DNA from: Octopus sinensis
Lineage: Eukaryota
Length of the DNA stretch: 64,000 nt
Direction: 5' to 3'
NCBI RefSeq assembly: GCF_006345805.1
Contig: NC_042997.1
Coordinates: 194,990,001 to 195,054,000, forward strand
Shown here: positions 62,435 to 64,000 of the stretch, in pieces
How the letters are laid out: each line of letters starts with the position of its first letter
Position numbering within the stretch: the first letter of the stretch is position 1
The notes under the pieces: model-generated
Databases searched by the model: none
What the model was told of the DNA's origin: nothing
What the model saw: the letters and a program-made list of their open reading frames with translations, nothing else
Position numbers and translations under genes: made by a program

Positions 62435-64000
62435 ATACATATTTTAAGCACTATTTTCCTGTTTATACAAACAAATTTGTACACACGCACACACACACAC
62501 GTACATACATATTTAATTGTTTGTGTGTAAAGACCACACACAAAAACACAATATACATGCATAAAAAAAACCCACTGCATGCATATATTTTATAGAAACT
62601 GTCAATATGTAACCTGCAAACGGGTTGCAATGTAAACCCAGTGTGAAGAATAATTTATCTAACATTAATAATGATAGACGACAAATTTAACCTCGTCTCA
62701 AATTTTACCGCATTGCTGATAGTAAACAACAATAATGCTAATAACAATTGAATTATATTATAAATCAATTCGTAACAGGCAATGATATTCCAAATTATAA
62801 TACTTACTTTTAGAGTTCCCTTGATGAATTTCATTTAATAAATTCATTGAAGTTTTCAAAATAAGGCAATGTTAGTGATATTCGTTTCTGCTATCTTCAG
62901 TGATGGTTGAGAGATAAAATAGCTCATAGGTTTGAATGATGAACATCTCACCGGTTAAATAATACCTATTTCGTTTCTTTTTGTGTACAATGCTATAAAA
63001 ATTTAGTAGTCATGTTTTCTATGAGTACAGCGATGAGAAATCTCTTAATCGTAAACAGTCACAAGTTCTTCTCGCGCACCTGCGAACTGTCCCTTCATCT
63101 GAACTTATGCAACAGTAACGAGTTAATTACTTCCCTTGATATATACACTCTACTTAATTGCCTTCGTATCGTGACGGAAATAGCAGGCAGAAATGGTTAT
63201 ATGCTTCAACAAAACCAATAAACTAGCTACTAGATATGTTAGAAATAACAGCTAAATTTTCCTCAAAGAATACAAACATCCCCACCGCCTTATGGAAGCT
63301 TCACGTTCCCCTAAACCTCGAAATAACTTTTCGGAACGTGAAACGTATTTTCCAACTGACATATATGTTAACAGAAGTGAATATGTAAACATGTTTGCCT
63401 AATGTTTTCACGAATCTTTTCTACTCTAGGCACAAGGCCCACAATTTTGGGGGAAGGGGCCAGTCAATTACATCGACCCCAATATGCAACTGGTACTTAA
63501 TTTATCGACCCCGAAGGGATGAAAGGCAAAGTCGACTTCGGCGGAATTTGAACTCAGAACGTAAAAGCAGACGAAATACCACTAATCATTTCGCCTGATG
63601 TACTAACGTTTCTTATTTCTTTATAGCCTACAAGGGGCTAAACATAGAGGGGACAAACGAAGACAGACAAAGGGATTAAGTCGACTACATCGACTCCAGT
63701 GCATAACTGGTACTTAATTTATCGACTCCGAAAGGATGAAAGACAAAGTCGACCTCGGCGGAATTTGAACTCAGAACGTAACGGCAGGTGAAATATCGCT
63801 AAGCATTTCGCCTGATCTGCTAACGTTTCTGCCAGTTCGTCGCCTTCTAATGTTTTCAAGAATGCGGAGGAAGCTTATAGTTGAAAATATATCATTCTTT
63901 TCATTTCTTTTTATTGGATTCAGCGAGTCATTAAATTACAGCTGTAATGGGGCACCACAGCCAAAGCTTTTAGTCGATATTATCAACCTAGTATTTATTT

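Noticed and set aside
2328-63598. Recurrent ORFs such as MRNWYLIYRPRKDERQS and LQSDLAVFLQLDALPNANHS that look like a gene family
   Set aside because: They are reading frames through SINE A and the family C repeat, with variable frames and no splice structure.

Overview
AT-rich, repeat-dense eukaryotic DNA; the SINE, RTE and microsatellite content suggests a cephalopod, probably Octopus (inference). The window holds one protein-coding gene, on the minus strand: a GPCPD1/GDE5-type glycerophosphocholine phosphodiesterase (N-terminal CBM20, then a GDPD domain). I reconstructed 15 coding exons from the ATG at 40980 to position 310 (1638 nt, 546 codons), all GT-AG and phase-consistent; the gene runs off the left edge. 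The rest is transposon-derived: three tRNA-derived SINE families, RTE and CR1-like LINE fragments, non-autonomous Helitrons, piggyBac-, Merlin-, pogo- and hAT-like MITEs, and large microsatellites. The most interesting unannotated signal is a set of Penelope-type minimal hammerhead ribozyme folds: one canonical core, a two-copy family with a compensatory G3-C8 core swap, and a two-copy A6U family. Two of these lie on the pre-mRNA strand on either side of exon 9. Nearly all ORFs in the supplied track are repeat artefacts. All calls were made by eye, with no database search or folding computation.
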